The notes under the pieces: generated by a model
Told to the model about the DNA's origin: nothing
Seen by the model: only the letters and a program-made list of their open reading frames with translations
Databases searched by the model: none
In this document: positions 26,853 through 40,535 of the stretch, in pieces
Layout of the letters: every line of letters starts with the position of its first letter
Position numbering within the stretch: position 1 is the stretch's first letter
Made by a program: the position numbers and the translations under genes
Source of the DNA: Squalus acanthias
Taxonomy: Eukaryota
Reading direction: 5' to 3'
DNA length: 64,000 bases
Assembly: GCA_030390025.1 (NCBI GenBank)
Contig: CM059432.1
Span: 112,966,001 to 113,030,000 of the forward strand

Positions 26853-28609
26853 AATATTTCAAATTGATGTCCTTTCATTAGAACCCAGATATAGTATATA
26901 AATACTTGCGTTTGATCCATACCACAAAACTAGTGATCAAATTTCATGTTGAAGTACCAAAGGTACTCCGCTGATGCACAGAGTTGTCTGCACAGTAAAA
27001 GATTTTAATTAACTAAATAAATAAAACAAGGTTATAAAGGGATGGCAGTGTAGGTGGTGTGCCGCAACTGCAGCATGTGGGTGTTTGTGGAGAGCATCGC
27101 GATCCCGGACGACCATGTCTGCGGTAAGTGTCTGCATCTTGAAGAACTTCAGCTCAGAGTTGTTGAGCTGGAGTCCAAGGTGCAGACATTGCAGGGCATC
27201 AGGGAGGGGGAGAGTTACCTGGACACTTTGATCCAGGAGGCAGTCACACCCCTTAGGTTAGGTAGTAGTACAGGTCTGGTTAGTAGTCAGGGACAGAAGG
27301 GTGTGACTGTAACTCAGGCAGGTAAGGGGACCCCAGGTGCAGTGCTGGAGTAGCCTCAGCCTTTGCCCTTGTCCAACAGGTCTGAGGTTCTTGCTGCCTG
27401 TGTGGATGAGGGAAAAGCCTGTAGGATGGATGAGCAGACTGACCACAGCACCATGGTGCTGGAGGCCATTCAAGTGGGGGGAGTGAAAGGGAATGTAGTT
27501 GTGGTAGGGGACAGTATAGTCAGGGGGATAGATACTGTTCTCTGCAGCCGCGACCGAGAGTTCCGAAGGCTGTGTTGCCTGCCTGGTGCCAAGGTTAAGG
27601 ATATTTCCTCACGGCCGGATAAGAATTTGGAATGGGAGGGGAGGATCCAGTTGTCATGGTCCATGTAGAAACCAACGACATAGGTAGAACTAGCAATGAG
27701 GTTATGCTGAGAGAATTTGAGGAGCTTGGGGTCCAAATTAAAAAGCAGAACCTCAAAGGTAATAATCTCTGGATTGTTACCTGAGCCACATGCAAATTGG
27801 CATAGGGACAAGCAGATCAGAGAGTTAAATGCGTGGCACAACGAGTGGTGTGGGAGGAAGGGGTTTCGGTTCATGGGGCACTGGCGCCAGTACTGGGGTA
27901 AGAGGGAGCTGTTCCCCCATTGGGATGGGCTCCACTTAAACTGGGCTGGGACCAGTGTCCTGGTGAATTGAATAACTAGGGCTGTAGATAGGGCTTTAAA
28001 CTAAAAAGTGTGTGTGGGGGGCGGGGGGGGGGGGGGAGATGGGTCAGGTGAGGAGAACTTTAGAAATCTAAAGAGAAAAGTCAAGGCAATGAAGCAATGT
28101 AGCGATTTGAGTAAAGATAAGCAGAGTGTGACAGGAAGGTGCATCAGCGAATAAGGTGAAAGCAGGGAATAATGGTAAAACATTAAAATTAAAGGCTCTT
28201 TATCTGAATGCACGAAGCATTCGTAACAAGGTAGACGAACTAGTGGCACAAATAGAGATAAATGGCTTTGATCTAATAGCCATTACAGAGACGTGGTTGC
28301 AAGGTGACCAAGGTTGGGAATTAAATATTCCAGGGCACTTGACATTTCAAAAAGACAGGCAGAATGGAAAAGGAGGACGTTGCCCTGATAATAAAGGATG
28401 ACATAAGGACAGTAGCGAGAAAGGATTTTGGCTCGGAAGATCAGGAAGTAGAATCAGTATGGCTGGAGCTAAGGAATAACAAGGGGCAGAAAACACTGGT
28501 GGGAGTAGTTAATAGGTCCCCAAATAGTAGCTATACCATTGGACAGAGTATTAATCAACAAATAATAGGAGCTTGTAACAAAGGTAATACAATAATCATG
28601 GGGGATTTT

Positions 28610-28698
28610 TCACCTGAGGAAGGAGCAATCGATAGCTCCGAAAGCTTGTGATTTCAAATAAAACTGTTGGACTATAACCTGGTGTTGTGCGACCTCTC
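28610..28698 (+). ncRNA. Penelope-type short insertion with complete minimal type I hammerhead ribozyme (family B)
   Basis: UCAC-CUGAGGA-A-GGAGC(AAUCGAUA)GCUCC-GAA-AGCU-U-GUGA at 28610-28651; splits the CR1 IMGDF|NLHIDW codons with a ~6-bp duplication GATTTT/GACTTT. Confidence 0.85.
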
Positions 28699-30162
28699 GA
28701 CTTTAATCTCCACATAGACTGGGCAAATCAAATTGGCAAAGGCAGTCTGGAGGACGAGTTCATGGAATGCATTTGAGACAGTTTCCTAGAACAATACGTC
28801 ATGGAACCAACCAGGGAGTAGGCTATTTTAGATCTTGTATTGTGTAATAAGACAGGGTTAATTAGTAATCTCAAAGTAAAGGATCCTCTGGCTGCGGTAG
28901 ATTGGGAAATTAGATAAAAGGTATGACAGTAGATAAGCAAAGGCAAACATTTAAAGAAATATTCCAAAATTCTCAATGAATATACATTACATCAAGAAAT
29001 AAAAACTCATGGGAAAAGTGATCCATCCGTGGCTAACTAAAGAAGTTAAGGATATCATTAGATTAAAAGAAGAAGCTTATAATGTTGCGAAGAATAATAG
29101 TAAGCCTGAGGATTGGGAGAGTTTTAGAAACCAGCAAAGGATGACCAAAAAATTGGTAAAAAGAGAGAAAATATAATGAGAGTAAACTTGCAAGAAATAT
29201 AAAAACAGATTGTAAAAGTATCTACAAGTATGTAAAAAGGAAGAGAATAGCAAAAGTAAGCTTTGGTCCCTTAGAGGCTGAGACAGGTGAAATTATAGTG
29301 GGGAATAAGGAAGTGGCAGAGATTTTAAACAAATATTTTGTATCTGTCTTCACAGTAGAAGACTCAAAAAGTATACCAAAAATAGCAGGGAACCAAGGGG
29401 CTAATGAGAGTGAGGAACTTAAAGCAATTGATATCAGTGGAGAAAAAGTACTTGAGAAACTAATGGGACTAAAAGCCGACAAACCCCCTGAACCAGATGG
29501 CCTACATCCTAGGGTTCTAAAAGAGGTGGCTGCAGAGATCGTGGATGCATTAGTTGTGATCTTCCAAAATTCCCTAGATTCTAGAACAGTTCCAACGGAT
29601 TGGAAGATAGCAAATGTATTAAAAGGAGGGAGAAAGCAAGGAACTACAGGCCAGTTAGCCTGACATCAGTTATCAGGAAAATGTTGGAATCCATTATTAA
29701 GGACGTGGTAACAGGTCATTTAGAAAATCCTAATATGATTTGGCATAGTCAACATGGTTTTATGAAAGGGAAATCGTGTTTAACAAATTTATTCGAGTTT
29801 TTTGAGGATGTAACTAGCAGGGTAGATAAAGAGAAACCAGTGGATGTAGTATATTTGGCTGTTCAAAAGGCATTATGTAAGGTGCCACATAAAAGGTTGC
29901 TATGCAATATAAGGGTTCATGGGGTTGGGGGTAATATATTAGCATGGATAGAAGATTGGTTAATGGACAGAAAACAGAGAGTAGGAATAAATGGCTAATT
30001 TTCGGGTTGGCAGGCTGTAACTTGTGGGGTGCCGCAAGGATTAGTGCTTGGGCCTCAACTATTTACAATCTATATCAATGATGAAGGGACCGAGTGTAAT
30101 GTATCCAAGTTTGCTGATGATACAAAGCTAGGTGGGACTGTAAGGTGTGAGGAGGACACAAA

Positions 30163-32361
30163 GGGGGAGAAATTCATTTTAGCCAGCAAAGTTGCCGGTG
30201 TGACCGGCAACTGGAGTTGACAGCCACCAAAAATGGCCGCAGCGCTAACGGGGCAAAATTGGTCTGGGGGTTGGAGAGTGTTGGCGCAGCACTTATCTGC
30301 CATGCAACGATGTCCTGGTGTCGTTGCTGGAGGCATCCGAACCGAAGTTCCTGTGCAGGTGCGGCATTGGAGCTTTGCACAGCCTCTGGGAGCGAGGCTG
30401 TGGAGCTCGCAGTGAATAGTGGGCAATGAAGAGGTCTGAGAATTAAAGGGGCCATGCACACTGAAGTTATACAAATTAAAATGAAGTGAAACAATGCAGT
30501 TTTCAGCCCTTTCTGCCTTTTAAAAAATATTTAACATTAAAAAGTCCCAAATGTGAATATTCAGCTCTTAAAACTGAATTACCTTCCTAACCTCAAAAAA
30601 TGGAAAAACTGCCTCAGCACTAACACAAATAGCTGAGCAAGCCAGGGAAGGGGCACCCAGGGTCTCGCATGCAGCACTCCAGCTTTGTGCAAGGGATCAA
30701 CATTGCAAGAGTGGCCCTCTACCCACAGGGGCCAGGAGACCCTCCAGAAAGAACGATGTGGGAGTACATCACTAAGGCCGTCACTGCCAGAAGTGTCGCC
30801 CCCACCACCTGGCTCCAGTGCCCAAAGAAGCTTCATGACCTCAGACCAGTGATCAAGTTCAGTGAATGCATCTTCAAAAGCTGTTTCCTACGAACTACAC
30901 CACTAGCCTCACATACTGCTCAATGCAGGGGTCCCAATCACTCACCTACCAGCAATCTGCACCAATCACGAGGCATATCTCCCATTCCTAGCTTCACCTC
31001 ACCCCCTTGGAGGAGACGGCGCAGGCCATTCTTGGCAGGGGTATGGCCAGCGGCGGAGCTGAAAGGATACAAGATTCTGGTAGCCTCATACATTATCCTC
31101 CTTCTGGCATGCACCTCATGCTTTCCCGCCCTCCCCTCACCACAACTCCACCCTTGTGCCTTCCGTATTTCACACACCCAAGAAATCCAGCCTGCCCAGC
31201 CAGTGGGTGACCAGGAAGAGGGAGAGGAGAGTGAAGAAGAACAAGAACAGAAGATTGATTTGACACTCCCAGCCACCAGCTCTTCAAGGCTAATCAGCAA
31301 GCCCATCTGCAGTGTCCCCCACTGAAAGTCAGCAGCCTTCCACCAGCCATGCTGCAGCCACTGGGGTAGCACTGCGTGACATCAGTAGGGTAGGCAAAGG
31401 CACACACAATACACTCACTAAGCGAATGTATATGAGTGATGAGTTGATTTCTTGATGTCGCATTGGATAGATAGACATATATAGGTAGATTGGAAAGTTT
31501 CCTTTGTGATGGCTTTTATTTCAGCATCATTGTCAAGAGGACGTTGTGATGGGCAGTAACAGATGGAAGGTAAGGTGTGGGACTAATGTTGAAAGGGGAA
31601 TTGGGGTTGTGGTCACTGGGACCGCAGGTGGATGATTCCATCCCAGATATCCCGGCCAGAAAGGGGCTGTCTGGGTTGCATCCTTCCTTCTGATTCCTCC
31701 TCTTCTGTGTCTTCCTCTTCCCGCTGCAAGCGGATGCTGTAAATGTGAAATGACAGCCTAAAATGCTGGAAATACTTTGCAGGTCAGGCAGCATCTCGAC
31801 CTGAGACGTGAATTCTGTTTTTCTCTCCATGGATGTTGCCTGACCTACTGAGTATCTCAGCATGTTCTGTCTTCTCAAAGGCCTTCACTTACCATCTGAG
31901 CCCTTGCAAGCATCCAGCAGCACTCCCTACACACTTAAAAAAAACTTTTCACATCTATTGCAGCAAGCCACCACTTCAATAAAATCAAACTAACCCAGTC
32001 CAAAACCTTAAATCCAAACTTACCTGAATGATGGGTGTGTCCCTTTAAGAGGTGCTGACATCGCCACTGTCGGTCTGCTTGCACGCCAGATTAACGTGGC
32101 AAGCTTAGGACCCAGGACTGAATTCAGCGCTAGGGTTGAAATTCGCATTGGTGGCGTTAAGTTGGCGTTGCACGCTGATTGACATCACCACGCTGCCATT
32201 GTTTCTTTCAGAGCGCTACCAGTCACCGGCAGCGCAAAGGGGGAGACGAATATGGTGGCTGCCGTGGGACCTGCCACCAGCTGGCGAAAGAGCAGCAGCC
32301 ACCATTTTATCGCCATTTCCTCGTGCTATGGAGTGGCGCTCAACAGATGAATTTCTAGCCC
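30163..32361 (+). mobile_element. Non-autonomous Harbinger carrying a Myb/SANT-like pseudogene (copy 1)
   Basis: TIR GGG(GG/CT)AGAAATTCAT, TSD AAA; removing it restores CR1 EEDTK|SLQRDIDRL; Myb-like ..MWEYITKAVTARSVAPTTWLQCPKKLHDL at ~30630-30860. Confidence 0.92.
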
Positions 32362-33278
32362 AAAGAGCCTGCAAAGGGATATAGACAGATTACGTGAGTG
32401 GACAATAAGGTGACAGATGGAGTATAATGTCGGGAAATGTGAGGTTATTCACTTTGATAGGAGGAATAGAAAAACAGAATATTTTTTAAATGGTGAGAAA
32501 CTATTAAATGTTGGTGTTCAGAGAGATTTAGGTGTCCTCATACAGGAAACACAGAAAGTTAGCATGCAAGTACAGCAAGCAATTAGGAAGGCAAATGGCA
32601 TGTTGGCCTTTATTGCTCGAGGGTTGGAGTACAAGAGTAAGGAAGTCTTACTACAATTGCACAGGGCTTTCGTGAGACCACACCTGGAGTACTGCGCAGA
32701 GTTTTGGTCTCCTTATCTGAGAAAGGACATACATGTCTTAGAGGCGGTGCAACAAAGGTTCACTAGATTGATCCCTGGGATGAGAGGGCTGTCCTATGAA
32801 GAGAGATTGAGTAGATTGGGCCTATACTCTCTGGAGTTTAGAAGAATGAGGTGATCTCATAAACATGTAAGATTCTGAGGGGGATTGACAGGGTAGATGC
32901 TGAGAGGTTGTTCCCCCTGGCTGGAGAGTCTAGAACTAGGGGTCATAGTCTCAGGATAAGAGTTCGGCTATTTAGGACTGAGATGAGGAGGAATTTCTTC
33001 ACTCAGAGGGTTGTGAATCTTTGGAATTCTCTGCCCGAAAGCGCTGTGGATGCTGAGTCTTTGAGTATATTCAAGGCTGTAATAGATAGATTTTTGGACT
33101 CATGGGGAATCAAGGGATATGGGGATCGGGCGAAAAAGTGGAGTTGAGGTCAAAGATCAGTCTTATTGAATGGCAGAGCAGGCTTGAAGGGCCGAATGGC
33201 CTACTCCTGCTCCTAATTCTTATGTTCTTATATTCTTATGTAATCAGTGTTTTATAGAGAAACTTAGATGAAGACAAG

Positions 33279-34174
33279 GGGGTAGAAATTAGGTCGCGCC
33301 CCATTTGGGGCGCAAATATCGTCCGGACGCAAATATTAGCGCCTGGCGCTAATTATCGGCACTGACGGGAAACTTCACTTTTACCGCCCCGGGAGGTGAG
33401 TGGAGCGCTAAAGCAGGCGCTGCACACCTCTCTTAAGGCGCAAAGGCCGAGCAGTGAGGCGCTAACTCGGAGCGCTGGCGAAGCTCATGTAATGTCAGTC
33501 AGCAATGGAACACACACACAATGGCACGGGCCAGTTCTTAAAGGGGATGGTTAATCTTGCTTTCCATCCACATCCTGTTCATTGCTGCCTTGAATCTCGG
33601 CCTGGAGAGACTTGCACATCAAATGTGCTGGAAAGAACAATGGAAAGTACCAGGCAAAGAGCTCAGAGTGCAGCTCCCACAGTCTCTGCTAAATCGATAC
33701 AAGGAATGGCAAATCAAAATGAACCTGCAAAGTGCTGCTCAGTACCCAAAACTCCTTCACACAACGTTGAATCTCTCCAGAAGTCTCTCCCTCTCTCTCT
33801 CAGAATGCGTAGTTCAAAAATGCCACCAACAATAAAAGACAGGAAGAGGCCCCATTTAAATAGCGCCCCCCCCCCCAGCCCCACAGCGATTGATAGCGTT
33901 CCAGTCTTCTGGTCGTTGGAAGCGCCAGGCGGTAAGGCAGGGGGCGCCACTCAATTTCCGCTACGGGGCGCCACAAGGGCGTTGCACCATGGAATGACGT
34001 CACAATCTGCGCGCGCAGGTGGTCGCAGCGGTAAGTTTTAGCGCCGCCGCACAATCTCAAGTTAAGTTCTCGAGCGGCGCAAACATCGCTGCGCCCGGGC
34101 GTTAGCGGCTTTGCGCCCCATTAGCGCCCTCTTAAGGCGCTAACGGGAGGCGCAACCAAGTGAATTTTTACCCC
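33279..34174. mobile_element. PIF/Harbinger-like MITE
   Basis: TIR GGGGTAGAAATT / AATTTTTACCCC, TSD AAG; GC-rich subterminal GCGC repeats. Confidence 0.88.
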
Positions 34175-35301
34175 AAGGTCTATAGTGCAAGACACCATTG
34201 AATTTAAAAGTAGTAGTTAGGTGGCACCAAGCTTGGATTTTAAAAGCTTGTACATCAGAAGTGGAAGGTTCAATCAAAGTTCAGAGGAGGATGAGATAAT
34301 GTCCCTTGTGCTACACTGAAGTTTTAGCCTTTTCCATCTTAGCCATTCTCTGCTAATATTATTCATTTGAGATCAAGTGGCATGCCCACCATACTATCCT
34401 GTCCACTTCAAAAAGTGGTAAATAGCACACTGTCAGAGTGTTATGCTCAGGCCAGGTTTAACAGTCCATTTTACTTACAGGATAATAACACCGGATCATG
34501 AGGATACTGCAAGATACTTGTGATAAAAATAAGTATTTAGTCTAGTTTTAGATTATCTTTGGGTCATTTAATGCAGTCATGCTACATAAAGAGCAAAGCC
34601 CAGCTACACTCATGGAATTCCTAACCCAGCTTAATTCGATACGAGTGTGGCAAGGACTATTTAGCTGCCTGTGAGCTGTTGGCTTGAGGGAGAAGCAAAG
34701 CCATACAATTCAAACAGAAGCACAGTGCCATTTGTTCAGTCATGTGTCTGAGTAGCAGCTGCTTCTGAATTTCCCTGGCAGTTATTCAAATTCATGAGGA
34801 ATGTTCAAACTGGATTGTCGACCTGCAACTTTCAACGCGACTAGTTAGACCAGGTAGCTCCTATAATTGGGAAGAATATAAGAAATGAATAACGACAGTA
34901 TATAAAAGTTAATTATGAAATATAGATTAGAATAGAGATTGTGAGCTATTTATTATTTTCCATATTCAAAGATTTAGATTATTTATTAGTTTGTTCATCT
35001 ATTGTTCAATAAATGTGTTTAGCATTTAAAGCTTGAAACAAGGTCTAATGTTATGACATTCTGCCATTTCTCAAAGAGCATCCTGTAGAGGCACAGAATA
35101 AATCTAGCTGCTAAAAAAATCAAAAGAAATGTGTCCTGTTCCTTATCCAGGGCCGCCGTCAAACTTACTGAGGTGTCAGAGCAAGTGTAACCACTCTCAA
35201 ACTGGTAGGAAGTGATTCTCACCGACAAAAGTAATCTGAGACAGAAAGGCCAAAAATGTACCCAGAGTAAAAAGGGAAAAAAGATCCACACAAGAGAAAA
35301 G

Positions 35302-35412
35302 AAAGAAAGACAGACTTGCATTTATATAGCGCCTTTCACGACCACCGGACGTCCCAAAGCGCTTTACCGCCAATGAAGTACTTTTTGAAATGTTGTCACT
35401 GTTGTAATGTAG
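35302..35412 (-). mobile_element. Deu-SINE 3' tail fragment
   Basis: AAGAAAGAAAGACAGACTTGCATTTATATAGCGCCTTTCACGAC matches the SINE tail at 55412. Confidence 0.8.
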
Positions 35413-36461
35413 AGTTCAAAAGGATAGAGATAGAATTAATCCAGTTAGCAGCTAAGAGCAAAGGCTTGTGCATTCCAGCCAAAGTTATTGAAACTCAAAG
35501 TTGCAAAGTAACAGCGTTAGGAGGAAAAAGAATTCTGTAGATTACAAGTGGATTAGAAGAGGAACCCATGTCAACACAAGGCAGAGAAAGAAGAGAAGAA
35601 CACCAACACAATGTGGAGGGAAGGAGGAACAACACCGATGTTGTCTTAAACTGGCAGGAAAAGCAACTTGACAGCAAATCTGGTAAGTGAGGATACAGTT
35701 CAGTTAGCCCAAAACTCTGCTGGGAATAATTTCACTAAATCGAATTTGATATCAAATTTTAAAGCAATTTTATTAGAGTTTCTGCATCATTAGAAAACCT
35801 CCATAAGTGGAATAAAGGAGTTTGAGCTGAGCGGTAAAGTGCTCACAACTTTTTTTCTCGTCCTTCAATGGACAGTATGGATTTGTAAAACATGCTATTA
35901 TTACTGCTTCCATCTAACACATGCAGGCAAAGCTATAAGAAATTATGGAATGATCCACATGGCAGAGAATAGAGGAACTATTTCACTTAAACACTGCATC
36001 CATTAACATCATTATGTTGGGGGGTCTGCAATATCGCGATCTGCACTTCCTGGTTTGTGCAAGGAGTGCCAAAGTGGAAATTCTTCTCTAATTAGTCTTA
36101 GAATTAAATAATATTTGGAAATTTCAGCTAGAAGGAGAGAATGTAAGTGATTATAATAGTCCCTCCCAACTAATATTAAGGGATCAATTTCTGGAAGTGG
36201 TTTCATACAATCTAAGGATTAAGTTGCTTGACCATGAGTTTAAGATGCAAAGGCAGGTAGGCGAATGAACAGACTACTTTATGGCCTTACAAGCATTGGG
36301 GTCCCAGTGCTAAATGGGCTGTCAGATTTATTCCAACCAGTTAGCTATTTGGTTGTGAGTCTAGATCCAGGAGCAGCACCACAGAATAAGATGATGCCTG
36401 CCAGTGCATTTTAGGAGAAAGTTTGGATGATGACTTGGAGCCAGGCAAAGGTTACAGAGAA

Positions 36462-36770
36462 AGAAAGAAAGCAAGACTTGTGTTTGTACAGCGTCTTTCA
36501 CGACCTCAGGATGTCCCAAAGTGCTTTACAGCCAATTAATTACTTATGAAGTGTAGTCACTGTTGTAATGTAGGAAACACGGCAGCCAATTGCACACAGC
36601 AAGCTCCCACAAACAGTAATGTGATAATGACCAGATAATCTGTTTTTGTTATGTTGATTGAGGGTTGATTGGCCAGGACACCGGGAATAACGCCCCTGCT
36701 CTTCCTCAAAATAGTGCCATGGGATCTTTTACGTCCAGACGGGGCGTCCGTTTAATGTCTCATCCGAAAG
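36462..36770 (-). mobile_element. Deu-domain SINE, 5'-truncated
   Basis: Colinear with 55412-55745. Confidence 0.85.
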
Positions 36771-37129
36771 AGCCAAGCCAGTCTGAAGTAGCAGGGATCC
36801 CTGCAGCAGGGTGTTCACTCCACATAGCACCAGGACCAGTGGGCAAATCCCAGGGTGAGATGGCTCTAGCTATCACAATAACTGCAAGCTACATAAGAGT
36901 GTGCAAGGAGGCTGAGGTCATCCTGCTTGATACCTCACATGACGCAATCAGCCAGAGGAACCTAGGTAGTTTAAACTACTGAGAGCTAATAGAGGCTCAG
37001 TAAACTAGCCCTATAATAAAGGGGAATTAAGGACAGACAGGGTGAACCAAAAAGATGGTAAAGTTATGAGGATGAACTTTTGGTCCGACATTACAAATCA
37101 AGATTTGTTGAAGAACAGGAAATGGAAGA

Positions 37130-39610
37130 CAGATAGTGGGAGGACAGGCATTCTGAAAAGATTTATTAAAGGGAGTCCATGATATACCTCTTGCAGGACA
37201 TAAATGGGTACGATATACTTCGGACAAATTGTTTTACTGTCCTAGTACCTCTAAGGACACAGCTGAACTTTGTAGAATGCGAGTAATGTCAGCACACGGG
37301 TAAATCGAGGGAAATAAAGTTCTGTTGCAACCCCTACTCATAATTCACAAACTTTTCAAAAGGTTGGTCACAGATCCTTTGCCTGCCAGAAGTCAGTCAC
37401 AGAAATAGTACATATTAACCATGTTAAATTAGTTAACTAGGGAGCCAGACACGTAATCTATAATGGTTATAATGGCATACATGGATTTGGGAAATCAGAC
37501 TTTAATCCAATCTGGGGCGAGTTTTAATGTTCAGTTAATCTGTCAATTATGCAGATACTAGACCTAGGGCATCCCAGCGCCCATGCTGTTGGCCCCTAAG
37601 AATGGCAAGACCATTCAGTTCTGTAAACATTATCAGAAACGAAATGATTTAACAGAGGACAGCGGTTTAAGAAAGGTGAGAGAGGGAAACTAGAGAATGA
37701 TACATCTGTTGTCGGGAAATTGCTAGAGCCTATAATTAAGGATAGGGTGACTGAACACCTTGAAAATTTTCAGCAGATCAGAGAGAGCCAGCATGGATTT
37801 GTAAAGTGTAGGTTATGCCTGACGAACCTGACTGAAATTTTTGAAGAGGTGACTAAAGTAGTGGACAGGGGAATGTCTATGGATGTTATTTATATGGACT
37901 TCCAGAAGGCATTGGATAAAGTCCATCATAAGAGACTGTTAGCTAAAGTTGAAGTTCATGGAATTGAAGGCAAATTATTGACCTGGTTTGGAGATTGGCT
38001 GAGTGGCAGGAGACAGAGAGTAGGGATAATGGGTAGGTACTCAAAATGGCAGGTGTGACTAGTGGTGGCCCACAGGGATCTGTGTTGGGGCCTCAACTAT
38101 TCACAGTATTTATTAATGACTTAGATGATGGCATAGAAAGTCATATATCCAACTTTGCACAAAGATAGGTGACATTGTAAGCAGTGTAGATGGAAGCATT
38201 AAATTACAAAGAGATATTAATAGATTTAGTGAATGGGCAAAACTGTGGCACATGGATTATAAGCTTTCAAGCTAATAAAATAATAATTTACAATCAGCAG
38301 GAGCAAACTAATACTGTACAAAACACAATTTAGACTTAAAAAGGATAGATCAGAGTACTTTCTAAATGGTGAAATGCTAGAAACAGTGGAGGACCAAAGA
38401 GACTTGGGGGTTCAGGTACATAGATCATTAAAATGCCATGGACAGGTACAGAAAATAATCAAAAAGGCTAATGGAATGCTGGTCGTTATATCTAGAGGAC
38501 TAGAATACAAGGGGGTAGAAGTTATGTTACAGCTATACAAAACCCTGGTTAGACCACACCTGGAGTACTGTGAGCAGTTCTGGGCACCACACCTTAGAAA
38601 GGATAGGCTGGCCTTGGAGGGAGTGGAACGTAAATTTACCAGGATGATACCTGGACTCCAAGAGTTAAATTATGAGGAGAGATTACACAAACTAGGGTTT
38701 ATTCCCTGGAATATAAAAGGTTAAGGGGTGATTTGATCAAATTTTTCAAGATATTAAGGGGAACTGATAGAGAGAAACTATTTCTGCTGGTTCAGGAGTC
38801 TAGGATTAGGGGATATAGCTTAAAAATTCGAGCCAGACCTTTCAGGAGTGAAATTAGGAAACACTTCTACACGCAAAGTGTGGTAGAAGTTTGGAACTCT
38901 CTTCCGCAAAAGGCAATTGATGCTGGGTCAACTATTAATTTTAAATATGAGATTGATAGATTTTTGTAAGGGATATGGGGCAAAGGCAGGTATATGAAGT
39001 TAGGTCACAGATCAGCCATGATCTCACTGAATGGCAGAACAGACTGGAGGGGCTGAATGACCTACTCCTGTTCCTATGTTCCTATGCCTACTCTCGGTCT
39101 TAAACAGAAGGGACCTTCAGGAGCTAGGGAGTGCCAAATATCTGGCAACTCTAGATCTATCAAAAAGTTATTGGCAAGTACCGTTAAGCATTCTAAATTT
39201 TCTACACCATTAAGGCTGTACAAGCTTACAGTCGTACCTTTGGGGATGACGAGTGCTTCCATCATGTTCCAGCGGCTCTGGATTCCATTCTGACAGGGAC
39301 CAGGGATTACAGCCTAGTGTGTATTGATACCGCCATTTTCAGTTGGACATGGGATGAACATCTTGCTCGTTTCACTAATATATTAACTCAGTTGAGCAAA
39401 GAATGGTTGACAGTTAAGGCTGAAAAATGAATCGTTAGCACGGCAGAGGTATTCTACTTAGGTCAGGCTTTGGACGGAGAGGAAACAGATACCCAAACCG
39501 CCAAATATGGATACCATAATGCACTGGGTCCATCCCACAACCAAGAAACACATACGGGCATTCCGTGGGTTGGCCAGCTATTATTGCATGTTCATTCCCA
39601 ATTATAGTAA
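37130..39610 (+). pseudogene. Gypsy LTR retrotransposon pol relic with integrase upstream of RT (Gmr1-like order), interrupted by CR1
   Basis: HDIPLAGH...FYCP..KD...CE*CQ (integrase zinc finger, ~37170-37295); PMLLAPKNG (RT start, ~37580); TLDLSKSYWQVPL, VPLGMTSASIMFQRL, PTTKKHIRAFRGLASYY (RT, 39130-39610). Confidence 0.75.
37680..39085 (+). mobile_element. 5'-truncated CR1 LINE
   Basis: SQHGFVK, MDVIYMDFQKALDKV, RPHLEYCEQFWAP, FYTQSVVEVWNSLP; tail TTCCTATGTTCCTATG. Confidence 0.93.
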
Positions 39611-40535
39611 CAACCTCTTCGGAACCTATTTCTTACTCAGTCTGATGATCAATGAGACTTTCCTAGATTTTCCAATGTGGTGGCCGATATTTCTGCCCAT
39701 TGCACAGAGTAAAGTTGGCAGCCACAGACATTGTGCTCACCTAACTTGGCTGCTCCTGACCTTGGCATTTATATAGTTTGCGGTGGGGTCCCGGTGGGGT
39801 TCCCACCTGTTAAGGAGATGTAGGAAACCAGAGTCAGATCCAGTACCTGTAAGTCGGCTGAAGAGGAGTACAATTTGTTTTTAAATACTTTAAATTTATC
39901 AGGGTAAGGGTGTGTGAGCGATCATCCCCTACACCGATTACACTCACTTAGGGGAAGTTAAATTCTCAATATCCTCCTGCCTGCCATAGAAATGATGAAT
40001 GTCAGTAGCATGCTGGCATCCCTTGTGTCCAATGTTGCTATGGTGATAATGACAGTAAATGTGACGTACAGCGCTAGTTACTCCTTTTGGCCTACTTTGT
40101 ATATGTATTCAAAGGCTGCTGTCACTTCCGGCGGGAAATGCAGCAATCAGTCGGGAGCCAGTGGAACATCTCTCTGATCAATCTCATGCCCCCACCTGAA
40201 AGGAAATAGAAGATTCTCAATTCAGAAACTGAACTGAACTCAAGGTATTGATATATTCCACTAAAAATGTTTGCAGCATACTCTCTAACCCAAAAGGCCT
40301 CTGAATTAAACTGTCAATCAATCAATCAAGTTCAACTATAGAACGGTGCATTCTCTGCACAGAATCACTTACGAGTTCTCCTCTAGGACTTGCATATCTA
40401 TTAATACTTTGACCAAATATTCTTAGATTAGCATCCAGGGCAAAGCTACTGCATCCTGGTTTATCTTCAGATCAAAGAACTTGATTGTGTTGTTGAAGAA
40501 AACTCGAAGAAAAAAAAATCCATGGGCACCATGGA

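Larger units (their letters stand above)
27040..33241 (+). mobile_element. Near full-length decayed CR1 LINE (ORF1 zinc-finger/SGNH esterase; ORF2 APE + RT), interrupted at 28610-28698 and 30163-32361
   Basis: CRNCSMW..CGKC, VVVGDSIVRG, DGLHLN (ORF1); LYLNARSIRNK, IAITETWL, IMGDF (APE); [17 protein letters not shown] (RT); tail TCTTATGTTCTTAT. Confidence 0.95.
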
